Source: Marsupella aquatica
Taxonomy: Eukaryota > Plantae > Marchantiophyta
Direction of reading: 5' to 3'
DNA length: 64,000 bases
Assembly (NCBI GenBank): GCA_973895155.1
Contig: OZ316899.1
Coordinates: 3,803,455-3,867,454 of the forward strand
The position numbers were made by a program, and so were the translations under genes. Below the pieces are notes generated by a model. It searched no databases, was not told the origin of the DNA, and saw only the letters and a program-made list of their open reading frames with translations. Every line of letters begins with the position of its first letter. Positions within the stretch are counted from its first letter, which is position 1. This document shows positions 1-11,998 of this stretch, in pieces.

Positions 1-369
1 CGGAGTGGAACTCACAGAACACAACTCAACAGATCTCAATAGACAACAACCAACCTCAATGACCCGAGGCTCAAGTCTTAAGTAGCATCGGAAACCCAAC
101 CATCTAGCCTGAGTCAGCTGCCATCAGTGAGGCTCATCCAAACTCCAAGCCTGGTGACTCACCTAAACACCAAACCTGGTGACGACGAGTCACCCAATCA
201 CCAAACCTCAATCCATCCAACCAAGCAGCCCCTCCGAGTCAGCATGCACGCAACCCAACCGAGAGGCCTTGCCCATCATCCCCTATAAAAGCCATTCCTG
301 AGCCAAAACATTTTGACACGACAACGCACAGTTTACCCGAGGAGCCCCTAACTTCTTGTCCTTGTGACA
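1..369 (+). repeat. Probable 3' part of an LTR (solo or 3' LTR)
   Basis: TATA-like CCTATAAAAGCC at about 282-293; ends ...TTGTGACA at 369; no TGG primer-binding site follows. The partner end is outside the window. Confidence 0.35.
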
Positions 370-1581
370 ACGTCCTGAAGGAATCACTGGCGGTCATGCA
401 TCTGAGTAAATTACTCACTCTGCCTTGGTCTGTGATGGGTAATTGTAATGTGCAAGCAAACAGTAAAACTTTTCCTTGCACGAGAAAAAAAATCCTATAT
501 GACCCCTATTTTTATACATGCAACTGCCTCGCTATCAACTCCCTGGTTGGTAGTATCACTTTTGGGGACTCCCTTTTTGCTAGCAAGCTCGCTAGCAATC
601 TGGATTCTTTAAAAAACACCAAAAATGTAAAAGGCACCAAAAGCCAACTGAAATTTGGAACCATCATTTTCTCGTTATCAAAATCTCTATGGTGCGTCCC
701 ATGGCTCCCTACACCCAAGAAACCCCCTGCACAAGCCGATTCCTATAGGTTTTGCTCTTGGCGAGGCCGGTTCCGCGGCTTAGCGGCATGGGACGCTGCT
801 AACCTCACTACTAACATTTTACACACATATACTGGACAGATCCTTCATTGGGTCATGAGATACGTAGTTGGCCTATTTTATGCCTTCCCTTCTCTTCCTC
901 TCGTGGTCTTCCTTTAGGTATGTTTGGATTCCGTCGCCGGAATGATCCCCAACTGGCTTGGGTAAGCCGCTAAGACCTCTCTCAGCTTGACACGTCCAAC
1001 TCTTACTACCTCGCTTACTCCCTTCTCTTGGTTGATGTGGACAATCTTCAAACAAGTTAATGCAACACACAAATAGCAAAATGACTCCTTCTGACTGAGT
1101 TACACCATGCATTTTCCATACAAACAGTACTTCTCATACACAAGATCTGCAAACTAAACCGTAAGGCCAACTCTATTCATCTCTTAGGCATGAGGAAACA
1201 TGAATATACACAAGTGTCACAGTATAACTAACCGAGAGCTTCTTTTACTACTTGATTCTAGCCCTGCTAGTGCACTAAAAACTTGCTAAGGAAGAAGGCC
1301 CTGAACTCCCCGTTGTTCAAGTACTTATCCTTGCAGTGGATCCGTCTAATTCCTTGCAGCGTAAGCCTAATCTATCCTAACTGTAATCTACCTATGTACA
1401 GCAAGGCAGAAGCACAAGTGTTGCTCTTACCAGTGGATCCGCAATCCCACTAATCTAAGTGTCAGGGCCGTCTCTTGGTCCTGATCCTAAGTCTAAACTT
1501 GGAGATTTGAGCCCGCCCTGCCCACTCACGCCTCCTCCCTCCACGTCCACCCTCCTTAAAAGGAGCGGCCCTCCACCACCA

Positions 1582-3822
1582 TCATGGTAGCGGTGGCTGA
1601 TCCTCAATGGACGCCCCCAACGCTTCCTCCGCAGCCACTGTCGTAGGTCCGTCTTCTGACAAATTACCTACCCCAGACCGAGTCAACTCTCCATCGGCCT
1701 GACTGGGTCCACCCTCGGCTTCAGCCTCAGCATCGGCCACAGCCTCCAATACGGCTACAGCCTCCCGGGCATGCTCTAGTGGTGGATCTGGTACCCCGGC
1801 TTCATCACTGATTGTCCTGGCCTCGGTTTTGCTATCCTCGCCTTCTAGGATAGTTGGATCCTCTGCCGTGACCTTGCCTGAGGTTGGTGCCGGGTTCTCC
1901 TCCGTGGTCACGACGGCTTGAGAAGCCATGTTACTCCCTGACCCATAAGGTTTTTGCTTCTTCTTCTTCCCTGTTTTGGCAGCTGGTCCCTTCCCCTTGC
2001 CACTTACTTCTGGCACCGGTGCGAGTGTCGCGGCTTGTCCTTTGGCCAGTACTACCCCTGGCAACTTGGTTGCCCCACTTGGAGTTGGAACTAATGAAGC
2101 CAAGCACTTAAATACTGCGGCTTGTTTCTTCAGCCACTCTGTTTGGTTGTCGGCCCGCCGCTGTAAGTTCTCCATCTTCCTCGTGCTTCCTTCCAACTCC
2201 TCCTGCGTTTTGTCCAGGTCCTTTCGCGCCTCCTCCAACTCCTTCTGGGCTTCCTCCAATTCCTTTTGGGCTTCCTCCAATCCCTTCTTTAAGGTAGCCC
2301 TCTCCTCCTGGGTTGCTCTCAACTCCTTGTCGAGCTCCGTCACAACCTTAGACTCCATCTTGTTCATCTTGGCATAAGTCTGATCAAGCTGGTCGTCTTT
2401 CTCACGCAGGTTGGCCTTGAAGCTGGCCATCAAGGATGCAAGCTCCTACTGCAGCACAATAATCCCTTGATAGGATCTCCCTAACTCGGCCTCCTTCTGC
2501 TCAAGGGCTCCACGGATATCCTCAAGCTCCCCCTTCAACGCCCTCTCCCTCCTTTGGGTCTCCGCCATGGCCTGATTGTTGGTTGCTATGTGGGCCTCCT
2601 CTGCGTCCCTCAGCTCTCGCTTCCGCTTCTCCCTTTCCTTGACCGTATCGGCCAACTCCCTTGGGTCCGAGTCAATTTATCCTTGATAATCTAATTATCA
2701 GACTGAGCGGTATCCAGTTGCCCCTGCATGATGTTTAGCTCATGCCGCTTAATCCGCAGCTCATCTTGGGCTTTTTTGGCCGCCTTCAAGTCCTCTGCCT
2801 CGGCTTCCTTCTCTCTAGCTAAGCCGTCAGATGACCTTGTCCTTCTTTCTTCTCTCCAAAGCCACTGCTTCTTCCAATCGGTGTTTTTCCAACATCTCTC
2901 TCTGGAGAAAAGGTCCCTGCTCCAACTCCTCCCCAAAGATGTTGAGCGCAAGTTCTCCACACATCTCCCCATACTCCATGGCTCTTTCTTTAGCATAGGT
3001 GGAGTGAGTAGTAGTCATCGGCATCAACCACCGCGGCCTTTGTTCCCAAGCCGCCTTCCTTATTTCTTCTATCGTGGCTGGAGGGCTGCCCCGTCTTTCT
3101 GCAAGCCGCCGGATGTCCTCTGGCCATTCTCCCCCAGGTAAATCCTTCTCCCTAGCTAGGGCTGCCTCCTCTGCTTTCCTGAGTTGCTCTTGAACCTCAT
3201 GTGCCATCTGTTTTATCCCGTCAAAGCTCAGGGGAGCGACATCTGGTGGGGGAGACTCTGAGCTGCTCTGCTGGGTGGGGTCCCCTTGAACTACTCTTGG
3301 AAGTGTGGGGATGAAACGGCCACAATTCCTTACTCCTGGGACATGATGGTCCAACCCGTAGCCAGAGTCATTATTGCCGTAGTCCTCCACCACCTCCTCC
3401 CCGGCTTGGACTACTGATTCCCCCCGCTGCTCTCCTTGTCTTGCTGTGAACACGGCCTCCTGCCGATCATAACTCATAGGTCCTAGTTCCTCCTCTAGCT
3501 TCCAGGCTGTCTTCTCCCTTTGTTTACCGCAAATAGGAGCTTTAGGCTGCTCTTCCTTGGCTTCGGGACTTGAGGCTCCTACATACATTCGAACCCCCGG
3601 CTCGTGTTCCGGCCTCCTTCTTTCCTTGGCTCCGGTAAAGGGGTTTTCCCTCATGAGTCGGCTTAGGCCAACTTTTGGGGCAGTGTCCTGTACCGGTGCC
3701 AGTGCCATTGCCGTTGCCATTGCCGTTCTCTTCTCCTTCTCCAACAATTTCAGCAGATTCTGCATGCCTGGTTGCTGCATCGGCAAGTCTTCTATCCTCT
3801 GCCTAAACACCTGCTCGATCAT
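1582..3822 (-). pseudogene. Gypsy 3' accessory ORF, long coiled-coil C-terminal part (frameshifted pieces 2827-3822, 2691-2996, 2446-2655, 1582-2433)
   Basis: Consecutive minus-strand ORFs rich in E/K/R/L/A heptads; same position as the coiled-coil ORFs at 49194-49862 in element C. Confidence 0.6.
2191..2290 (-). repeat. 21-bp coding tandem repeat (heptads LEEAQKE), about 5 copies
   Basis: Units such as CTCCAACTCCTTCTGGGCTTC / CTCCAATTCCTTTTGGGCTTC at 21-bp period. Confidence 0.85.
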
Positions 3823-3985
3823 AGGACTGTTGGGATGGTTGGGTTTCTCTGTTGCCGGCCTCTATTCCGGAACCTCCTCGGTGCCCTTGCCTGCAGGGGA
3901 AGTACCGGGGCAAAGATCTGACTCCAGGCATACCGGCACACGCTTCCCTTGCCGATCACCTGTTGTTCCTCCTTCAAGATCTTCT

Positions 3986-4849
3986 TCAGTTGGGTGAGGA
4001 GGTATCCGTTGTAATCCCGGCTTGGGTCTGGGCTCTCCGCCAGGTAGACCTTGCCTTGCCAATCTTTGGCCTCGGCAAGTTACAATGCATGGTTACCCAC
4101 AAGAAATTGATCATCTCTCCGATGTGCGGGTTGGTGCAGGTGTTCCAAAAGAAGCCATTCTTTGTTGCTGGCCCTGGGAACGACCAGAACTCCTTGTTAG
4201 GCAAGGTCTTCCTCGTCTCAACTTTGGTCTTATTGCCTATTGGCAAGCCAAACGCTTTGGCAATCACCCGGGGAGTGAGATAGAAATCCTCCGCATACAC
4301 CCTTGTGGAATTGCTCTGAGGCTCCCATGATCCCACAAATTCTAATAAGTCTGAATCCGGCACCTCCGGCTTCAGCCATGGTAATTTCACAAAGGCTTCC
4401 AAGCCGGATCCGGCCATCAAGCCCTGGTACTTCCGAGTCTGCATAGCCGTAAAGCATGCATCCTCTTCACGTGCAAAGTGTAATTGCACTTCCTTGAGGA
4501 GGATTGCCGCCCAGCCTTTCCAGGTATCATCCCTCGTTGGAACGACATTGATGGGGTTGACCTCCTCTTCTTCGGCTTCTTCCTGCCTCCTGCTTCCCTG
4601 CTCGGCTGGCTTCCTTGGTGCCGCCAACCTCGTTCTCTTTGTAGGGGTGGCCTCTTCATTGTTGGCCCCTTTCCTCTTCATAGCGGCTGCCGTGGATGTT
4701 TCTTTGAGCACGGTTGCCTTCGTCCACCCCTCTGTGTACCCTTCAACTCCCAGTGTATGTTGTTGCAATGGTTGATGGCTTCCCAGATGCCGACGACTCT
4801 GTTCTCGCAAAATAGGAGGTCGTTTAGCTTGTTGCCAGTAGGTGTCCAC
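3986..4849 (-). pseudogene. Gypsy 3' accessory ORF, N-terminal domain (Athila ORF1/plant-mobile-domain-like)
   Basis: GLEAFVKLPW...LLEFV...LTPRVIAKAFGLPIG aligns with GFEHLASLPW...MMEFI...LDEARLKMIFGLPEG of ORF 49881-50882. It is frameshifted into the downstream ORFs. Confidence 0.6.
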
Positions 4850-5419
4850 AGGAATTCAGTCTTGATGAGTTCTCCTCCTAAGAAGGCAAACTTTTGTAGC
4901 TCCATAGTCGAGCGAGCTTCTGCCGTTCTCGAGCTGCTCTTTCTGATTCTTCATCCTTGTAGGTCCCAATGTACTCAGTTGCCCGTTCGAACAGGCATCC
5001 CCAAAAATGAGCAGCTTGATTGACATTGCTCATACCCTTCTTGAGTTGATAGTCGGTATCTGCTCCCGCCCAGAGTGTTTGCCTAAGCAGCTGACAGTAG
5101 TTGGCTTCACGTAGTCGTCTGCTTAGTTTGTGCTTGCAAAATGAGCCACCATTCCTTGCGATTGGTCCTTACCCCCCTCCTGCCTGGTCTTCCTTCCCGT
5201 TGGTTACCCATAGTTGCCGGCACTTAGCGCGCCCTAACCCTAATTGTGTTTCCTCCGGCGTCCTTACTTCCGGCCTCGGCTCGGGTTCCATAGTCACCCT
5301 TAATTGTTTATATTTTCCTTGTTTTTGTTACTATACTAATGTGTTTCCAGGGTACACTCCTGATTTTACCATTTAAATTGGCCTAGTGATTCCTGGCTAG
5401 GCATCACAATCTCCTGTTT

Positions 5420-5951
5420 GCTCGCAACATAGAATACCTCGTTCGTGACTTCATTAAGTTATTTGAAGGATTTCAGTGATGGAGCACAGATTGAAGTTGG
5501 TATGGTGGGAACTGCTTGAGCGAATCTAGAGTTTTGGACTTTGCAGTTTGTTGCTGATGCTTTTAGCTGTCCTGCTGAAGGAGACAACTTACACTCATGC
5601 CAAGGAGAGATTGCAAGACCTTATTTTTCTGGAACTTGAAACGTTCGCCATGGATGGAAAATGGGCCAGTGTATTGATTATACCCTCAAAATCATTCTAG
5701 AATTTTTGGTTCCAATTCTCCATCCCATTCAACCGCATATGATACTTGTGTCACTTGCCAATACTATTGTGGCAAGTTGGAAGGGAGTTGCTGAGATAAA
5801 TTGGGCCTTATTGATAAGACAGGTTTTTATCTCAAGTGAAAAAGGTGAAAATGGACAAGTTTACTACTCTCCCTGCTTATCTCAGTCAATTGTACTTTCA
5901 TGGGAATTGTCTACTTCCAAGCAAACAAGAGGAGCGGATCAGGCTACTTGA
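5420..5951 (+). pseudogene. Degenerate Gypsy accessory ORF of the same family as 3986-4849, opposite strand (element F)
   Basis: WTLQFVADAFSCPAEG...ILEFLVPILHPIQPH...LANTIVASWKG...INWALLI resembles the I.K.FGLP.G / EFL..L.P motifs; contains stops. Confidence 0.45.
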
Positions 5952-6614
5952 TGAGTTTGATCTCAGTGAATCAGGAAATGAGGATACTGAAGGAGAAGAT
6001 GCTGATGAAGCTTAACCACAGATCACACCCCCTATCTGTCCAAAGACTTCCCCTCTTGCTTATAGAAAACCACCTGTGGAACCCAGAAGTACATCTTCAC
6101 CAATTTCTGATAACCCTTTGTCCCCTTTTGAAGATCTCAATCAGGATAGAAGAATTTACACACCCCTCAATTCTAATATTGATGAGTATACATCCAAACC
6201 AGTGGGGACATCCCCACCTTCTGCACCTGTAGTTGACATATCTGTCCCTATTGCTCTTTGATCACCTATAGTTCCAACTCAGAATTTATCCATAAACTGC
6301 TTGATTCCTTCTATGAGATCCCGTAAGAGACCCTACCTGTTCAGTAAACCAACAGCTGATGAACTGAGAGATAATTTAATCAGAAAATTGTTGATAAGTT
6401 AAGCAGCCTATTAATCTGTGAGCCTGAGGAGATAATTGACTTTGTTGAGAAGTTAAGGTTATCCTCTGTAACTATGCCTGAACCTAGTAGTTCAGATTCT
6501 CCATACTCTCCAAGTCAAGGTCCTACTCAATTTTGTTCAGAGATGGTAGAGCTATAATAACCCATACCATCTGCCTCCAATACAAAGGTTACAAATGATG
6601 TTGAATTTGAACCG

Positions 6615-7547
6615 ATGGAGGAGAATGACACATCGCCCAGGTTAGAACTTCAACATACACTATCTACTTCTCTAGGTACTTCTGTTGAACACTATATTGC
6701 CCTTGTCAATAAGATGACCGACATGTTGGAATGTGACGAGAGACACCTAATTGACGTCCGAGATGATCTTCTGAACAAGACTACAGCTCTACTCACGCGA
6801 GATCATCATCAGGAATATTGTGAAGATCTAGTCCATAGACTTACACATATATTCGGGTGCAACACTAAACAAGTCTATTTTGCAGTCCGTTATCACACTT
6901 TAGCATTTGGCTCTCTCATTTATTATTCTTCCCCTCCTTCTAGTCATTCACCCACCTCACCTTACAGCCCTTCCAACCAACCATACCACCTTTATCCAAA
7001 ATGGATGAAATCTGGACAGAAGCTTAATATTTTTGCCCTATTCTTGTTGTCATAATCCTGGTTGGACACATTGTGCTGGAGAATGGAGATCTGGGTTTGG
7101 CTTATTTTGGAAACTTACCTGCCTTCGCCTTGGAATTCATCATCAACTTTCTAAGGCAAACTAACAAAAGATATCAAGTTAACCATGGTGGTCTTCTAGA
7201 GGAGCCTTATGTTGTTCAACAATTTATTACACCGGCTGCTGAGAGACAGGATCTGGAACAACATTACTTCACAACGGTTGGCTGATTACACCCTAAAGTG
7301 GCAAGAACTGTTACCTAATGTTACTCCACTTCTATCGCTTGCCAAGGACTCCGACACCTTCATCAACAAGTTTCTCCGGAACTATCATGCCACTTGTTGT
7401 AGTTATGATTTGATTGGCATCTACATGCAAGCTAGTAAGGTGAACACTATGTTCCACACGAGACTACTCCCTGTTTTAAACGCTGAACGACAAATTAGGT
7501 CTCTCCCTTTTGCTCAACATGATACTCAGGTTATGAATTTCATTTGA
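6615..7547 (+). pseudogene. Degenerate coding remnant of unknown function within retroelement F
   Basis: Overlapping frameshifted ORFs 6615-7055, 7073-7285 and 7209-7547; no recognised motif. Confidence 0.3.
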
Positions 7548-8380
7548 CAAGTGATTCAAATAGAGACATTCAGGAATTTTCAACCACTAGACTAGACAAC
7601 ACTGCTTCAAGAAGACTGACCTACTCCACCATTCAACTCAAGATCAGCTAATGCGTGCAATTTTTTTTAAGTAGTCAGAGTGGATAGAAAAGTCTCATAA
7701 TTTTCCAAGAGGTAGCCCTTACACAATAGAACCTACCCTGAAAGTAATAACTCAAACCCACATGTCGTTTAGAAGTTATTAAAATTTTGGTTTTGCTGTA
7801 GCATAAATGTGCAATGGCGCAACAACACTACTACTCTAAGGCGCAACAGCGCTTTTGACACTTAATTTGTTTTTGGAAAGGTGCATTTTTTATCCAATAG
7901 CACTTTTCTCTGATTTTATTAAGGTACTTAGACACCTCAAAAAAGTCTAAGATTTTGCCAGCATGTAGCATGTACGTAAATCTTCCACCTAAAAAAGTTT
8001 TCATCTCATTCTGACTTTTATTTTAGAATTAAAATTCAGACAAAGTTGCTATTTGTTAGTTTTACCGCAAAAACACAATGACACTTTTACTCCAGTAAAC
8101 ACTCGAGATAACTTTTGATCAGTTTTTGATCCCAGGAGAATTCTAGTGAACCTTGAGTACTCCTGTAGCATATTTTGATACTTTTATTTTAGTTCAGGAC
8201 CCTCAAGATATGGAAAGGCATGTCCTTTCAATATCTCGTTTCCCTTTGGTTCCTGCTAGCCTATATGTAATTGAGTTTCTGTCACTTTTTGTGTGAGGAA
8301 ATTATGTAAGCCTATTGCTGTAGATTGCAGCACAAGGAGCTTCACTTTGTGGAGAAAGACTCTATCTGGATTAGAGTAAT

Positions 8381-9863
8381 AGTTGCAGAATTCGACTACC
8401 TTAACACTTAGCTTCGGCGTCACTGACTCCGACATCGAGCTCCCTTATGGTCCAGGCCCGGATAGACCATCCGGGGAGGACTTAGCATGGGGAAACTTGT
8501 GGGCAATGAGACGTGGCACTAGTGAGGCAAGGGGCCAAGCTAGGGACACACACTAAGGACTTGGACTAGCCTATGGCTGGTCGGGTCAAGGGGAAATGGG
8601 CCGAGCTCAAGGATGGCCGTCCGGACCTCAGATGGACTTTGAGTTCTGAGGGCTTGAGAGTGAGCTCCTCTTGGGCCCAAGGCCAATGGAGTTGACGCCA
8701 TTGGCAACGGACGCTTGGGGCGCAAGTTGTGGCCCGATCCGGGTTGGGCCGGTCGGGGGCCCTGAGCGGCGATCAGACCTGAGGGCCTAGGCATGAGCAC
8801 TGGGTCGGCCCGGTCACAACGGGCTAAGGCACTCCGCTTGCGGATGCCTATCAAGAAAGTTATGGGCGTTGCCAGTTGGTGGCGCGCCCATTATGCGCGA
8901 TGGGATCCGGGTTGGGGGCCAAATGTTTAGGGACCAAAGTTGGTCCAAGGGTGGCAGATCTCCAGAAGCATATATGAGGGGAGTGGTGTCTCCCTGGGGG
9001 CTAAGGCCGAGCCGAAGTCGTGAGCCGCGGTGGTCGCGACACTAAGGGAAACCGCCAAACGGAAATGGCAATATCTTCCCAACGAGAAGTCCGTTGGAGG
9101 ACTTCTTGGGTGAGTTGGAAAGCTCTTGAGGAGGGCTACGTCCTCCTGAGCTCAGCTGGGTCTGGGGGTGCCGTGGATTCTCGTGGTTTGTGGGTGTTAG
9201 CTCGCCCGCTTGCCAAATCCTGCCGAACAGCAGCCAAACCGCGTTCAGTCTCCCAAGGGAGCTTGCGTTGGGGAGGCAAGGCCAAGTAGGTGTGGAGGCT
9301 GAGTTCCAAGGGTCATCGGCCCCTAGACCACCAGTGGGGAAAACCGGGAGCGGTTGCTAGAGTTGGGGCCGTTCTGGTCCCGGCGTCTTGGGACAAGCTT
9401 TAGGACAAGCTACGCTATTTGGGCCATGAGCATGTCCTGAGGTTAGGGCGGTCAGTTGGTGATGGATAGGTACGAGGGGGAACCCGGGCCGCGCCCAAGG
9501 AAGAAGCTGTTCTGGACGAACAGTGGGCGTGGGTTCTAGTTCCGGCTTATGGCATCAGGAGGATCTATCGCTGACCTATTTACCAACGTCTGTTGAGCTT
9601 GAGTTAGGATGCTAGACTTGGCGAGTTCTAGATCCTGAAGGGTTACTTACCGAGGTGCTTGGTTGCTTGTGCAGATAGGGAGCACCGTTGAGTAGCGATC
9701 GTGTTAGAGAGCAAGTGCGGCTTCGTATGGGTGGGGCCGCTGGCGGTGCAAAGGGGCACTAGGTTGCTTGCTTGAGGTATTCTGTGGAGGCGTTCGGGCA
9801 CCAAGGGCACTTAGGCGTGAGTGCTGGGATTAGTGAGGGCGCTGGGTGGCGAAGTCCACCACT
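8381..9863 (-). mobile_element. Solo-LTR-like repeat family B, copy 1 (1483 bp), AGT...ACT termini
   Basis: Inverted relative to the copies at 12199-13656 and 26271-27755. 5-bp TSD GTAAT at 8376-8380 and 9864-9868. Confidence 0.85.
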
Positions 9864-9929
9864 GTAATTTAATGCAAATAATTTCTTCTCCCTTCCTTGC
9901 ATCTGGATGCTTTAGAATTCAGAGCAAAG

Positions 9930-10585
9930 AAGTAAAACTTTGTAAGATGTTGAATCTTTGGAATGTGTAGAAGTAGATTCCTTAATTGGTGAGATCTACA
10001 TAATTCTAAAAGTTCTTGATGCATAGTTATTGACGTTACCTTGCTTGAGCACGGGATGCTAAGAAGGATTACTTACCAATAACTTATGACTTCAAATTTG
10101 ATGATGATAGTGTCTCTTATTCATGACACAAAGTATCAAATGGATACAGACGTGACTGATTACTAGTCTCCACTAAGTACCTTGGAAGGAAAAGTTGAGA
10201 CATGTTGACGGCATTTTAGTAATCATCCTAGTACAATAAGCCTTTCCAAAAATATTTCTCATGGATATAGCACCTAAATCACATCAAATGAAGTTATTTT
10301 GAGGAGTAACCTTGGTTGTTTCCTAGCTCTCTCATCATACCTTGATATTTCATTGTGTTTTGTTAATTGTTTCCATTTTGTTATTTTATTTACAATGTTA
10401 AACAAACATTCAAAACTATGTCTTGCTGAGCAATCATAGTAAAAGGCTCAAAATTGTGTTTTTGTCACCTTACTCATTCAAAAGTGCTAAACAATAGAAA
10501 ATCATTCCTTACATGTTCTTCTATGGGAATGAATACCGTGTTTTGGACCTTAAATTTTAATTTATGTTCCTAGTGTGATACTACA
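9930..10585 (+). repeat. 3' end of an LTR (element F), related to the 3' end of solo LTR G
   Basis: Shares ACGGGATGCTAAG, GAATACCGTG-TT-GGA-CCTTAAA and terminal ...ACTACA with 22720-23300; ends in CA at the junction with a LINE RT. Confidence 0.6.
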
Positions 10586-11125
10586 AACATCCCCATGTCA
10601 TCCGCAAATAATTTGTAGCAGATTGTGAGATCATGTGTGATCTGCAGACCACTTAGTCTACCATCCGCCAACTGTGCATCAAGAAAGTTCATGAGTGGCT
10701 ACATGGAAATGACAAACAACAACGGTGACAATGGGCAACCCTGTCTAACCCCGCGCTTAAGCTTCAATGTGTTTGATAGGAGTCCGTTCACCACAGCATG
10801 TAAAGAAGCTTGAGCCAACAATGCTCTCACCAGCATGATGAAGCTTTTGCTAATCCCTAGCAGATGCATGCATTCCCATAATTATATATTCATGCAAAAC
10901 TCAGTCAAAAGCCTTCTCAAAGTCTAGCTTCAGGAACAATGCCTCTCTTCTCCTATTGTGTACCCAATCATAGGTAAGCCAAGCTAAGGATATATTTTCT
11001 AGGATATGTCGACCAGGTATAATACATGTCTGTTGCGGGTTGATAATCATCTGCAAGATTGGTTTAACTGCAAGGCAAGGATCTTTGCAATTAGCTTGAA
11101 TATAGTATTTTACATTGTCAATGGA
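10586..11125 (-). pseudogene. L1-type LINE reverse transcriptase fragment
   Basis: Minus-strand motifs KLIAKILA, LKLDFEKAFD, RGVRQGCPLSP (10723-10743) and LFADD (10597-10608). Cut on both sides by LTR insertions. Confidence 0.9.
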
Positions 11126-11580
11126 TGTCAGACCCTTGCTTATGAGCTAATAAGCCTTATTGTACTAAAAGCTTGCACTTGATAGCTCTTTATCACCACG
11201 AACTACGGGAGGGACGCTCCATAAGAAGGAACTACCTCTATTTCCATTAAGCCTTTGCTTCTCCTTGAGACTGTGCAGATGTATTTGGTTTCCGTCACCA
11301 GAAATGGATATTCTTTGGTTTCCACCGCTGGAAATGTCCCCCTACCCGGCAAGACAACTAATCTAGGTCTCCCTTTCCCAAAGAGAAGACTTCTGGACTC
11401 ACAACAATCATATGAGCAACATGCTAGACCACAAGGGCCTCAAGATTTCAGATGAGTGCACATCAACAATTTCTTTCCCAGAAACGCGCTGAAATTTCAT
11501 AAGAATTTCAAAGGAAGTACATGGGTAGGTTGTCACTAAATACTTTAGCTTCTTCAACTCCTACTACTTAACACTATAGG
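11126..11580 (-). repeat. Terminal fragment of LTR family D
   Basis: Inverted, highly similar copy of 30915-31376; starts TGTCAGACCC, the reverse complement of the LTR end. Confidence 0.85.
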
Positions 11581-11998
11581 TAGTATTAAAGTGTATGGTG
11601 CTATCTAGATTTATATGTTTCATATGTATACTAGATACGAGCCGATAGGGTTCAATTCATGTTTGTGAGGAATAGTTATCCCTTTTTGAGGTATTGAAAG
11701 GTTCTCTTTCAATGTTGAGCCTTGGAGAGGGGAGCTCATGTGGTGGCTATGGTGGCTGAGAGCTCCTTCTATGTAGCGTGGATTCCTTGACTGCAAGTGC
11801 ATTGGCTTGACATACGTGTGTGATCGGATCAGACGGGATTGAATGTGTGTTGTTGGCGTCGATCGCTATTCGGATTCTATCAAAGATTATTGTGGGTTTT
11901 GGACATGTGTGGACATGAGTTCCACTTGTATTCCATTCTCTCGTGTTTGTGATGTGGCGGTGTGACTATTTTTGGATGTATGTGACAAGCAATGTATT

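Larger units (their letters stand above)
1270..5100 (-). mobile_element. Truncated 3' region (extra-ORF module) of a Ty3/Gypsy LTR retrotransposon (element A)
   Basis: ORFs are homologous to the 3' ORFs of the Gypsy at 48405-54174. The 3' UTR motifs GTGCACTAAA and GTACAGCA-GGCAG are shared with 48830-48965. PPT and LTR are missing. Confidence 0.7.

Noticed and set aside
396-917. 173-aa ORF
   Set aside because: No motif; it runs across A/T tracts and the palindromic motif, so probably non-coding.
1884-2377. Plus-strand ORFs 1884-2111 and 1976-2377 (likewise 49921-50316)
   Set aside because: Antisense shadows of low-complexity minus-strand coding sequence.
9020-9289. 89-aa ORF repeated at 26845-27114
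   Set aside because: Retention is explained by high nucleotide identity of repeat B; it is disrupted in copy 2 and has no motif.
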